Of a stretch of 64,000 nucleotides of DNA, positions 1-8,846 are shown piece after piece; the stretch's first letter is position 1, and each line of letters starts with the position of its first letter. Made by a program: the position numbers and the translations under genes. A model generated the notes under the pieces. It was not told where the DNA came from. It saw only the letters and a list, made by a program, of their open reading frames with translations, and did not search any database. Origin of the DNA: an uncultured Bacilli bacterium (GTDB lineage Bacteria > Bacillota_I > Bacilli_A > RF39 > UBA660); contig CAKOND010000007.1 of NCBI GenBank assembly GCA_934096945.1, forward strand, positions 3,063 through 67,062, in the 5' to 3' direction.

Positions 1-1512
1 GTATTAGGCAATATAAATAATGAAACTAAATTTGTACTTAATTATTTTAATGTGCCTGTTCCAAGTTATTTAAATGATGTTAAAGTTAGAATAAAAAATG
101 TCAAGTATGATAAAAAAGCATATATTAATGAAAATAAATCTATTAATGAAGCTTTTAAACTTATGCAAAAAAGAAATATTACTGCAATACCACTTATAAA
201 TGATGAAAAGAAATTAACTGGTTATGTGACTTTAAAAGAACTAGCAAAATATTTAATCAATGGTAACAGAGAATACGTAGATACAACTTTAGATAATATA
301 ATTGAAACAATAAATGCCAAAGTAATTGTAAAATGTGACGATGTTATAAAAGGTAATACTTTTATAGCAGGTTTAAGTTTTAAAGCTCTAGAGCAAAATA
401 TTGAATTAAACAGTGATGATATTTTGATTGTTGGTGATAGATATAAAGTACTAGATTATGCAATTAAATCTAAAGTTAAGCTCGTTATTATCCCCTTAAA
501 TGTTAATTTAGACAAAAAGGTTATTAAAAATGCTCGTGATAATGGAGTAAATATGATAGCATCAGAACTAGATAGTTTCCAAATAGCTACGAAGATTACT
601 TTAAGTAATTACATTAAAAATATAAATATTAATAAAAATCCGATTACTGTTAATAATGAAGATTATTTTTCTGATTTCAGATCAATGACTCATAAAGTTA
701 ATCACACTAATTATCCAGTTATCAACAACAAAGGTGAATGCTTAGGTTTAATAAGACTTACAGGACCAAATGACTATGAAAAACAAAAAGTAATTTTAGT
801 AGATCATAATAACCTTGCTCAATCAGTTGATGGGATCGAAGAAGCCGATATTATGGAAATAATAGATCATCATAATTTAGGTGCCATAGGTACAAGTGTT
901 CCAATTAATTTTAGAAGTAAACCTGTTGGATGCACATCTACAATGCTTTATGAAATGTATTTAGAAGCTAAAGTTAATATTCCTAAAGAAATTGCAGGAC
1001 TTATGCTTTCTGCTATACTTTCTGATACACTTCTTTTAACAAGTCCAACAACTACTGAAGATGATAGATTTGCGGCTGTAAAACTCGCAAGTATTGCTAA
1101 AGTAGACATAGATAAATATGGTCTTGAAATGATAAAAGCAGCATCATCTATTGATGGTATGAGTGTGAGAGACTTAATAAAAAGTGACTTCAAAAACTAT
1201 GTCGTAGGTTCTAAAACCTTAGGTATTGGTCAAGTTATGACTTTAGATTTTGATAACATTAAAGAAAATATGAACGAGTATATAAATGTTTTAGACGAAA
1301 TGGTTGATACTAATTATAATGTTGTAGTTATATTTATAACGGATATTATAAAAAATGGTTCATATGTTTTATATAATACAAAAGCTAAAGATATCATTGA
1401 AGATGGATTTGGTCTTAAAGATACTTATGAAGGCGTATTTATACCTAAAGCTGTTTCCAGAAAGAAACAAATACTTCCAAGCATCTTAAATGCCATGGAA
1501 GATAAGAAATAA
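1..1512 (+). CDS. ppaC: CBS-domain family II (DHH/DHHA2) inorganic pyrophosphatase; 5' end lies outside the window
   Basis: The frame is open from nt 1: VLGNINNETKFVLNYFN precedes the GTG at 52, so the track ORF is an N-terminal truncation artefact. CBS-like segment (RNITAIPLINDEKKLTGYVT), DHH motif (ILVDHNN...IIDHHNLG), DHHA2-like C-terminus. Confidence 0.8.
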   Translation, partial: VLGNINNETKFVLNYFNVPVPSYLNDVKVRIKNVKYDKKAYINENKSINEAFKLMQKRNITAIPLINDEKKLTGYVTLKELAKYLINGNREYVDTTLDNIIETINAKVIVKCDDVIKGNTFIAGLSFKALEQNIELNSDDILIVGDRYKVLDYAIKSKVKLVIIPLNVNLDKKVIKNARDNGVNMIASELDSFQIATKITLSNYIKNININKNPITVNNEDYFSDFRSMTHKVNHTNYPVINNKGECLGLIRLTGPNDYEKQKVILVDHNNLAQSVDGIEEADIMEIIDHHNLGAIGTSVPINFRSKPVGCTSTMLYEMYLEAKVNIPKEIAGLMLSAILSDTLLLTSPTTTEDDRFAAVKLASIAKVDIDKYGLEMIKAASSIDGMSVRDLIKSDFKNYVVGSKTLGIGQVMTLDFDNIKENMNEYINVLDEMVDTNYNVVVIFITDIIKNGSYVLYNTKAKDIIEDGFGLKDTYEGVFIPKAVSRKKQILPSILNAMEDKK

Positions 1513-1570
1513 TGCATTTTGTACTATATAGAGTACAAAAATAAGAAAAATGTTAGTTTTGTATTTTTGA

Positions 1571-1759
1571 ATGTACAAAATTGACTTATTAGAGGATGTG
1601 GAAAGTCTGTTATATTATGCAAATAATGAAAGAGAATTTGGGGTGTATAAAAATTTAAATGATAACTATCCTAAGTATGTAATAACCACAGATACTATGG
1701 ATTTTTCACAAGATGGAATTATTCACAAAAATATTATTGATTGGTTATTAGATAAATAA
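1571..1759 (+). pseudogene. C-terminal remnant (~60 aa) of a DUF4143-type AAA ATPase
   Basis: The tail NDNYPKYVITTDTMDFSQDGIIHKNIIDWLL matches the characteristic C-terminus of ~400-aa DUF4143 ATPases. No upstream ATPase domain is present. Confidence 0.5.
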
Positions 1760-1775
1760 AAAAGGAGGCATATAA

Positions 1776-2537
1776 ATGAAGGCACTTATAACTGGGGCTT
1801 CAAGTGGAATAGGAAAGAATATGGCTCATGTTTTAGCAAATAAAGGTATAGACTTAATACTTGTTGCGAGAAACAAGGAAGAAATGCTTAAAATAAAAGA
1901 GAATGTTAAAGTTAATGTAGAAGTCATAGAAATTGATTTACTTAAAGAAAAAAATGTTTATAAGTTATATGATATATGTAAAGATAAAAGTGTAGATATA
2001 CTTATAAATAATGCTGGTTTCGGGTTATTTGGTATATTTACAGAAACAGATTTAGATAGAGAATTAGAAATGATTGATTTAAATATTAAAGCATATCATA
2101 TTTTAACTAAGTTATTTTTAAAAGATTTTGTGGAAAAGGATTCTGGTTATATTTTAAATGTTGCATCAAGCGCAGGTTTTATGGCAGGACCTAGACTTAG
2201 TACTTATTATGCCACTAAAAATTATGTTTTAAAACTTACAATGGCTATCAACGAAGAACTTAGACAAAGTGGAAGTCATATTGTGGTATCAGCTTTGTGT
2301 CCAGGTCCAGTTAATACTAATTTTAATAAAGTTGCAAATGGAGAATTTAGTATTAAAGAAGCAAGTCCAAAGTTTGTAGCAGAGTATGCTATAAATAAAT
2401 TATTCCAAAAGAAAATGCTTATTATTCCAACAACAAGAATAAAATTAGGTATATTTTTATTAAGAATAATTCCATATAGATTACAGCTTATTTTTTGCTA
2501 TCATATCCAAGGTAAAAAGTTAGGTATAAAAAAATAG
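1776..2537 (+). CDS. SDR family oxidoreductase (short-chain dehydrogenase/reductase)
   Basis: N-terminal TGASSGIG Rossmann motif, NNAG motif, YxxxK (YYATK). RBS AAGGAGG upstream. Confidence 0.85.
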   Translation: MKALITGASSGIGKNMAHVLANKGIDLILVARNKEEMLKIKENVKVNVEVIEIDLLKEKNVYKLYDICKDKSVDILINNAGFGLFGIFTETDLDRELEMIDLNIKAYHILTKLFLKDFVEKDSGYILNVASSAGFMAGPRLSTYYATKNYVLKLTMAINEELRQSGSHIVVSALCPGPVNTNFNKVANGEFSIKEASPKFVAEYAINKLFQKKMLIIPTTRIKLGIFLLRIIPYRLQLIFCYHIQGKKLGIKK

Positions 2538-2566
2538 TTTCACATTTTTAAGAAACTATTTTTTCT
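2533..2566 (+). terminator. Intrinsic terminator after the SDR gene
   Basis: AATAGTTTC / GAAACTATT 9-bp stem followed by TTTTT. Confidence 0.65.
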
Positions 2567-2680
2567 TTCTTTTCTTTAGCAACTAAAACATCTATTGGTA
2601 CATCTAATGTTTTAGAAATTCTATATTAAGTTTCAACAGAAAAATAATACGCTACTTTTTCACCTACATTTATTGTAATA
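2548..2680 (-). pseudogene. XRE-family HTH regulator remnant with an in-frame stop
   Basis: The minus-strand translation reads INVGEKVAYYFSVET*YRISKTLDVPIDVLVAKEKKEK. TAA sits where Leu (TTA) is expected in the ETL-x-x-ISKxL helix. No N-terminal half is present. Confidence 0.35.
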
Positions 2681-2974
2681 TTTTACCAAAAGTGTATATG
2701 TGAGGTGTTGACTAACAATATTAATTTGAGTATTTATTTTAAAAATAAAACATAATAATTATTCTCCTTTTTGTGCAAAAGTTTACATATTAAAAAACCA
2801 AACTAGTGGCTTTTTCGTTTGGAATTAGTACATAGTAAAATAAATGTCGTGCGTTATAGTGTTACAGGCTATAAAAAATAATTTCACAATGATGTTGTTT
2901 TGATATTTACTGTGTTTATGTCTTGTAGTAAAATATATTATATTTAAACATAATAATAAAAAAGGAGTATAAAA

Positions 2975-3214
2975 ATGAATAACAAAAAAATAATAGCTTT
3001 ACTTAGTTTATCATTAATAATGTTAATTTTTGTATTCTGTTTGTACTCTAATAAGTGCAAAAGTAAAGTATATGTTGAGACAAAATCAGAAACTAAAAAT
3101 AAATCTAATATAAGTATGCTTCTTGAAACAAAAAGAGACTTTGGAGAATATCTAGTATCAAATAGTGATAAATGGCCTAACCCATACCACATTAAATATA
3201 AGGCAAATGGTTGA
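2975..3214 (+). pseudogene. Signal-anchored small protein fragment, truncated where the inverted lgt fragment begins
   Basis: RBS AAAGGAG and an N-terminal hydrophobic anchor. The native-looking sequence ends at ...SNSDKWP (nt ~3176); the remaining codons are read out of the antisense lgt fragment. Confidence 0.3.
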
Positions 3215-3264
3215 CCAACTTTTGTAATCTTTAGTCTTCTTATTATAAGAAGTATTGAAAATCC
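3174..3264 (-). repeat. 91-nt inverted copy of an internal lgt segment (matches 7134..7224)
   Basis: Base-by-base comparison: 3174-3256 is identical to the reverse complement of 7142-7224, there is one mismatch at 3257, and 3258-3264 matches 7134-7140. Confidence 0.9.
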
Positions 3265-3290
3265 ATACATAATAGGAATGTGACGCAAGA

Positions 3291-3485
3291 ATGAAAAAAA
3301 GATTCATAATAATAAGTACTATTACAATAATCATGGTTATATCTATTTGTTTACTTAATAATAAAACTGTTAATAAAAATTCTTTAAAAGAAAAAGGTAC
3401 TATATATGCTTTATATTTAGATGGCATACCGATAAAACAATTTCCTGATAAAAAAGATTACAAAGTATTATTAATAAATTTTTAA
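3291..3485 (+). CDS. Small signal-anchored hypothetical protein (64 aa), possibly an N-terminal gene fragment
   Basis: ATG with an N-terminal hydrophobic segment. No recognisable domain. Confidence 0.3.
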   Translation: MKKRFIIISTITIIMVISICLLNNKTVNKNSLKEKGTIYALYLDGIPIKQFPDKKDYKVLLINF

Positions 3486-3589
3486 AAGCGCTTCTTTTTT
3501 ACTTGACTACAAATATACGTTTGTGATATATTATTTTTGCATGAAAATTATCTTTTTGTGTCAAAATATGAAATAGAGGTGTAATACTT

Positions 3590-6394
3590 ATGAATAACGA
3601 TAAAATTATAATAAAGGGAGCTAGAGAAAACAACTTAAAAAATGTTGATTTAGAAATACCTAAAAATAAGTTAGTTGTTATGACCGGAGTATCTGGTTCA
3701 GGAAAAAGTAGTTTAGCTTTTGATACAATTTATGCTGAAGGACAAAGAAGATATGTAGAAAGCCTGTCAGCTTATGCCCGTCAATTTATTGGTGTAAATG
3801 AAAAACCAGATGTAGACTCTATCGAAGGGTTATCACCATCAATATCAATTGACCAAAAATCTACGAATAAAAACCCACGTTCAACTGTAGGTACTATAAC
3901 GGAAATCTACGATTATTTACGTCTTTTATTTGCCAGAATTGGTAGACCTTATTGCCCAACTCATCATATTCCCATTAAAAGTCAAAGTATTGAAGAAATG
4001 ACTAATAAAGTAATGGAATACAAAGGAAAAACAGTTACAATACTTGCCCCGGTGGTTCATGGTGAAAAAGGAACACATAAAGATTTATTTGATGAGCTTC
4101 GTAAAGAAGGTTTTACACGTGTTCGCGTAAATGGCAAAAATATGAGTTTAAATGAAGAAATAACTCTCGAAAAAAATATTAAAGATAATATAGATATCAT
4201 AATAGATAAAATTACTGTAGATGATGAGGAATATAGTAGAATATTTGAAGCAGTAGAAACAAGTACCAAGAAAGCTGATGGTAAAGTAGTATTACTAGTT
4301 GATGATGAAGAAATATTCATGAGTGAAAAATATGCTTGTGAAATATGTAATTATTCAATACCAGAACTAGAACCAAGATTATTTTCATTTAATGCCCCAT
4401 ACGGAGCTTGTGAAGAATGTAAAGGTTTAGGTACAAAGCTTCATATAAGTAAAGATTTACTAATACCAGATCCAAGTAAATCTTTAGTGGAAGGTGCTAT
4501 ATCTGCCTTAAGTATGGACTCAAATATGTACTTTACCCAAATAGAAACTGTATGTAAAAAATATGATATCAATATGTTTGCACCAGTAAAAAATATTCCT
4601 GAAGAAAAATTAAACTATATATTATATGGTACAGATGAAATCCTTGAATTTAAATATGTTTCTAAAAATGGCAGTACCAGAAATACTAAAGGCACGTATG
4701 AAGGAGTAATTCCATCACTTGAAAGAAGATATGTTGAAACAAAAAGTGGATGGATTAGAGAATGGCTTCAAGGATATATGATTGAAACAGAATGTCCAGT
4801 TTGTAAAGGCAAAAGATTACAAAAATCAGTATTATCTATATACATTAATGATAAGAATATTTTTGATATGTGTGATATGTCTATAAGTGATTTACTTGAT
4901 TTTGTTAAAAAGTTAAAACTAAATAATGAAGAAAAAGAAATAAGTAACCTTATATTAAAAGAAATAATATCAAGACTAGAATTTTTAAATAATGTTGGTT
5001 TATCATATTTAACTTTAACAAGAAGTGCAGGAACTCTATCTGGTGGAGAAGCCCAAAGAATAAGGCTAGCAACTCAAATTGGTTCAAAATTATCAGGTGT
5101 TTTATACGTTCTTGATGAACCGAGTATTGGACTTCATCAAAAAGATAATGAAAGATTAATTAATTCATTAAAAGAAATGCGTGATTTAGGTAACTCATTA
5201 ATTGTTGTTGAGCATGATACAGATACAATGCTAGCATCAGATTTTCTAGTAGATGTAGGTCCTGGCGCAGGTGAATATGGTGGCCAAATTATGGCAGCAG
5301 GAACACCTGAAGAAGTTATGAAAAATCCAAATAGTTTAACAGGAAAATATTTAAGCGGAGAGTTAAAAATAGAAGTACCAGAAAAAAGAAGAAAAGGAAA
5401 TGGCTTAAAAATCAGTATTAAAGGTGCTAAAGAAAACAACTTAAAAAATGTAAATGTAGATATTCCACTTAATAAGTTTGTTGTTGTAACAGGTGTATCA
5501 GGTTCAGGTAAATCTTCACTTATTAACGAAGTTTTATATAAAAGATTAGCATCAGAAATTTATAGAAGTAAAGTAGTTCCAGGTGCATGTAAAGAAATAA
5601 CAGGTCTTGAAAATATTGATAAAGTAATTCAAATAACTCAAGATGCGATAGGTAGAACACCAAGAAGTAATCCAGCAACATATGTAGGAGTATTTGATGA
5701 TATCAGAGATTTATTCGCTCAAACAAAAGAAGCCAAAATGCGTGGATATGATAAAGGTCGTTTCTCATTTAATGTTAAAGGTGGAAGATGTGAAAATTGT
5801 TGGGGAGATGGCGTTAAGAAAATTGAAATGCATTTCCTAGCAGATGTATATGTTCCATGTGATGTATGTAAAGGAAGAAGATATAACAGAGAAACACTTG
5901 AAATAAAATATAAAGGTAAAAATATAAGTGAAGTCTTAGACATGAGAGTAAGTGAAGCCCTAGAATTCTTTGAAAATGTACCAAAAATTTACAATAAATT
6001 AAAAGTAATGATGGATGTTGGACTTTCATACATAAAATTAGGTCAATCTGCACCAACATTATCAGGTGGAGAAGCCGGTCGTATAAAACTTGCCAAAGAA
6101 CTTCAAAAGAAAGCAACAGGAAAATCAGTATTTATACTTGACGAACCAACAACAGGACTTCATTCTGATGATATCAAAAAACTATTAGTTATCCTAAATA
6201 GAATTGTGGATAATGGTGATACAGTAATAGTAATAGAACATAATCTAGATGTTATAAAAGTAGCAGACCATATCATAGATCTAGGCCCAGATGGCGGTAA
6301 ATATGGGGGAAAAATCGTGGCAACAGGAACTCCAGAACAAGTTGCCAAATGCAAAGAATCATACACAGGTGAATTTTTAGCTAAAATACTATAG
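3590..6394 (+). CDS. uvrA: Excinuclease ABC subunit A
   Basis: 934 aa. Two ABC ATPase modules (GVSGSGKSS twice, LSGGE twice), zinc-finger Cys clusters, and a typical UvrA N-terminus (IKGARENNLKN). Confidence 0.97.
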   Translation: MNNDKIIIKGARENNLKNVDLEIPKNKLVVMTGVSGSGKSSLAFDTIYAEGQRRYVESLSAYARQFIGVNEKPDVDSIEGLSPSISIDQKSTNKNPRSTVGTITEIYDYLRLLFARIGRPYCPTHHIPIKSQSIEEMTNKVMEYKGKTVTILAPVVHGEKGTHKDLFDELRKEGFTRVRVNGKNMSLNEEITLEKNIKDNIDIIIDKITVDDEEYSRIFEAVETSTKKADGKVVLLVDDEEIFMSEKYACEICNYSIPELEPRLFSFNAPYGACEECKGLGTKLHISKDLLIPDPSKSLVEGAISALSMDSNMYFTQIETVCKKYDINMFAPVKNIPEEKLNYILYGTDEILEFKYVSKNGSTRNTKGTYEGVIPSLERRYVETKSGWIREWLQGYMIETECPVCKGKRLQKSVLSIYINDKNIFDMCDMSISDLLDFVKKLKLNNEEKEISNLILKEIISRLEFLNNVGLSYLTLTRSAGTLSGGEAQRIRLATQIGSKLSGVLYVLDEPSIGLHQKDNERLINSLKEMRDLGNSLIVVEHDTDTMLASDFLVDVGPGAGEYGGQIMAAGTPEEVMKNPNSLTGKYLSGELKIEVPEKRRKGNGLKISIKGAKENNLKNVNVDIPLNKFVVVTGVSGSGKSSLINEVLYKRLASEIYRSKVVPGACKEITGLENIDKVIQITQDAIGRTPRSNPATYVGVFDDIRDLFAQTKEAKMRGYDKGRFSFNVKGGRCENCWGDGVKKIEMHFLADVYVPCDVCKGRRYNRETLEIKYKGKNISEVLDMRVSEALEFFENVPKIYNKLKVMMDVGLSYIKLGQSAPTLSGGEAGRIKLAKELQKKATGKSVFILDEPTTGLHSDDIKKLLVILNRIVDNGDTVIVIEHNLDVIKVADHIIDLGPDGGKYGGKIVATGTPEQVAKCKESYTGEFLAKIL

Positions 6395-6428
6395 TAATGA
6401 AATTTTCTAAAATATGATATTTTTATTA

Positions 6429-6465
6429 AACACTACACTTCCATTAAAGTGTGTAGTGTTTTTTC
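6429..6465 (+). terminator. Intrinsic terminator after uvrA
   Basis: AACACTACAC / GTGTAGTGTT 10-bp stem followed by TTTT. Confidence 0.7.
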
Positions 6466-6590
6466 TAGAATAAAGTTTTATTAATAAGAAACAATTTCAA
6501 AATGTAAAATTTTACATAAAATTATAAATACGATATTAATAATAGATAAATTTAAAAAAATTTGTTACAATATTAATGGAGAGTGAAATT

Positions 6591-7400
6591 ATGAATAGAT
6601 ATATTTTTGAAATTGGTAATTTTAAATTAGAATGGTATTCAGCCCTTATAATAGTTGCAGCTATGATTGGTATAACAATGGTACTAAAAGAAGCAAAAAG
6701 ATATAAATATCCAACTGAATTTGTCTTTAATATGATTTTCTGGGCTATAATATTTGGCATTGTTGGAGCTAGAGCATATTATGTATTATTCAATTTAGAA
6801 ATATATAATAATTTTTGGGATATATTTAAAATCTGGGAAGGTGGACTTGCTATTCATGGAGGTATAATTGCTGGAGTTTTGGTTATCCTACTATACTGTA
6901 AGAAATATAAAGCAAGAAGCATCAGAATGTTTGATTTTTTAGCCCCAGCAATGCTTCTTGCTCAAGCCATAGGCAGATGGGGAAATTTTTTTAACAGTGA
7001 AGCACATGGCCCCGCAACGACACTTGCCCATTTACAAAACTTACATATTCCTGAATTTATCATAAAAGGTATGAACATTGATGGAATTTACTATACACCG
7101 ACATTTTTATATGAATCAATTTGGTGTTTGGTAGGATTTTTAATACTTCTTATAATAAGAAGACTAAAGATTACAAAAGTTGGTCAACCATTTGCCTTAT
7201 ATTTAATGTGGTATGGGTTAGGCCGTTTTATAATCGAGGCTATGCGAACAGATTCTCTAATGTTTGGTGGTTTCAAAATGGCTCAAATAGTTTCAATAAT
7301 AATGGTTTTTATGGGTTTAATAATTATCATGATAACTGGAAGAAAAGGACGATATGAGGATTTATACAACCAAGACGAAAATGAAGTAGTAAGGTTCTAA
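6591..7400 (+). CDS. lgt: Prolipoprotein diacylglyceryl transferase
   Basis: Multi-TM protein with the Lgt signatures GRWGNFFN and HGG. The ATG at 6591 has GGAGAG 7 nt upstream, so it is preferred over the ATG at 6576. Confidence 0.9.
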   Translation: MNRYIFEIGNFKLEWYSALIIVAAMIGITMVLKEAKRYKYPTEFVFNMIFWAIIFGIVGARAYYVLFNLEIYNNFWDIFKIWEGGLAIHGGIIAGVLVILLYCKKYKARSIRMFDFLAPAMLLAQAIGRWGNFFNSEAHGPATTLAHLQNLHIPEFIIKGMNIDGIYYTPTFLYESIWCLVGFLILLIIRRLKITKVGQPFALYLMWYGLGRFIIEAMRTDSLMFGGFKMAQIVSIIMVFMGLIIIMITGRKGRYEDLYNQDENEVVRF

Positions 7401-7412
7401 AGGAGGAATTTT

Positions 7413-8288
7413 ATGTACGACATAATTATAATTGGTATGGGTATCAGTGGTATAACCGCTGGTATTTATGCAAAACGAAGTAATAAAAAAGTGCTGATTA
7501 TTGATAAAGGTATGCCCGGAGGTCTATTAAACAACATCGACAAAATAAGTAATTATCCAGGTGTGCCTGAAATAAATGGCCAGGATTTTGCGGAAATTCT
7601 TGAAAAACAAGTAAAATCTTTAGATATTCCATATGTTTTGGAAGAAGTAAAAAGTTTAGAATTAAACGGAGAAACTAAAAAAGTGGTAACGGATAAGAAT
7701 ACATATGAAGCTAAAAGAATAATTTTAGCAATGGGTAGAAAGCCAAAGTATTTGGGCTTAGATAACGAAAAATATCTACTTGGAAAAGGTTTATCGACTT
7801 GTGCAGTATGTGATGCATTTTTTTATAAAAATGAAGACATAGCAATTGTAGGTACAGGAAATAGTGCCCTTCAAGAAGCTTTATATCTAGCAAATATTGT
7901 GGGTCACATTTATCTTATCAATCGAAGAGATGGTTTCCGCGGTGAAGAAATGCTTGTTGAAAATATAAAGAAAAATCCTAAGATAGAAATAATTTATAAT
8001 GCCAATATAAAAAGTATGAATGAAGAAAATAATAAATTAGCAAGTATAACATTAGATAATGGTACTACTTTAAATGTTAAAGGAGTATTTATCTATGTCG
8101 GATACAAGCCTGCAACAGAAATTGTGCCAAAAGAAATACTTGATGAAAATGGTTATGTAAAAGTAAATGAAAAATTAGAAACAGAAATAATAGGTGTATA
8201 TGCTGTCGGAGATATTATAAATAAAGATACATATCAATTAGTAACAGCAGCAGCAGATGGTGCTAGGGTAATAACAAACATGAAATAA
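7413..8288 (+). CDS. trxB: Thioredoxin-disulfide reductase
   Basis: FAD GxGxxG (IIGMGISG), redox CAVC motif (STCAVCDAFF), NADPH site (VGTGNSALQEA). Confidence 0.85.
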   Translation: MYDIIIIGMGISGITAGIYAKRSNKKVLIIDKGMPGGLLNNIDKISNYPGVPEINGQDFAEILEKQVKSLDIPYVLEEVKSLELNGETKKVVTDKNTYEAKRIILAMGRKPKYLGLDNEKYLLGKGLSTCAVCDAFFYKNEDIAIVGTGNSALQEALYLANIVGHIYLINRRDGFRGEEMLVENIKKNPKIEIIYNANIKSMNEENNKLASITLDNGTTLNVKGVFIYVGYKPATEIVPKEILDENGYVKVNEKLETEIIGVYAVGDIINKDTYQLVTAAADGARVITNMK

Positions 8289-8493
8289 GATGAAAAGTCT
8301 TATTTTTCTTTATTTTTAAAATAAAAAGAAATTCATCGCTTATATCAAGTACTTTAATTAATTTCTTTAATGTTTTTAAGCTAGTTTCACTACTTCCATT
8401 TTCAATTCTTTGAAGTTGTCTAGGAGAAATATCTAAAAGTTCTGCAAGTTTTTATTAAGTTATGCCAAGTTTTCTTCGATACTTTTTTATCAT
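8266..8493 (-). pseudogene. XRE-family HTH regulator interrupted by tandem TAA TAA
   Basis: The minus-strand translation reads MIKKYRRKLGIT**KLAELLDISPRQLQRIENGSSETSLKTLKKLIKVLDISDEF. It is otherwise a canonical HTH_3 sequence. Confidence 0.6.
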
Positions 8494-8562
8494 ACTTCTC
8501 ACCCAGGGATGACGCCAACAAAACAGTTTTAATGAGTGGAAATTTAAGATATTATATTTGAT

Positions 8563-8767
8563 GGAAAAGAAAAATAAGAACCGTTTGAAGATGGTATTGA
8601 GCGTGGATATAAAAAGGTTATGGACACGGTATTGAAAATGGAGTAGAACAAAATAAAATTGATGTTGCAAAAGCAATGCTTCAGAAAAAGTATGACATTA
8701 AAGATATCTGTGAAATCACCAAATTATCACTTGATGAAATTGAAAAACTAAAAGAAGAATTGAAATA
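8563..8767 (+). pseudogene. Degraded C-terminal fragment of an Rpn/PD-(D/E)XK putative transposase paralogue
   Basis: The nucleotide sequence aligns with 40973..41180 (the tail of the intact gene). It contains an in-frame TAA and a 1-nt deletion in an A-run (AAAAA vs AAAAAA) that shifts the frame. Confidence 0.75.
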
Positions 8768-8782
8768 AAATTCTTCTTTTTA
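8753..8782 (+). terminator. Intrinsic terminator overlapping the stop of the Rpn remnant
   Basis: GAAGAATT / AATTCTTC stem plus TTTTT. The same structure follows the intact copy at 41163..41192. Confidence 0.6.
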
Positions 8783-8846
8783 AGTTAAAATAACAAGCTT
8801 TTATATAAATTTTATGGTAAAATATAATTACATGGAGTTGACTTAA

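Noticed and set aside
2944-3427. Minus-strand ORFs 2944..3288 and 3158..3427, and plus-strand ORF 7121..7357
   Set aside because: Their apparent protein similarity to Lgt (LIIRRLKITKVGQPFALYLMWYGLG), and to each other, is fully explained by the 91-nt inverted lgt fragment. They are not independent genes.
4057-6366. Five minus-strand ORFs (4057..4320, 5137..5439, 5719..5943, 5814..6116, 6160..6366) inside uvrA
   Set aside because: They are antisense to a confidently identified gene, have S/L/F/I-rich low-complexity translations and lack an RBS. They are typical shadow ORFs of an AT-rich genome. The same reasoning applies to other antisense track ORFs, including 948..1193, 12329..12715, 22858..23118, 26887..27285, 28865..29338, 30567..31157, 44106..44540, 54146..54406, 56502..56837 and 61287..61736.
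8455-8460. Possible stop-codon reassignment, suggested by the in-frame TAA TAA inside a well-preserved HTH
   Set aside because: TAA is the normal terminator of most confidently identified genes in this window (lgt, trxB, gltX, cysS, nusA, infB and others), so reassignment is untenable. Pseudogenisation is the simpler explanation.
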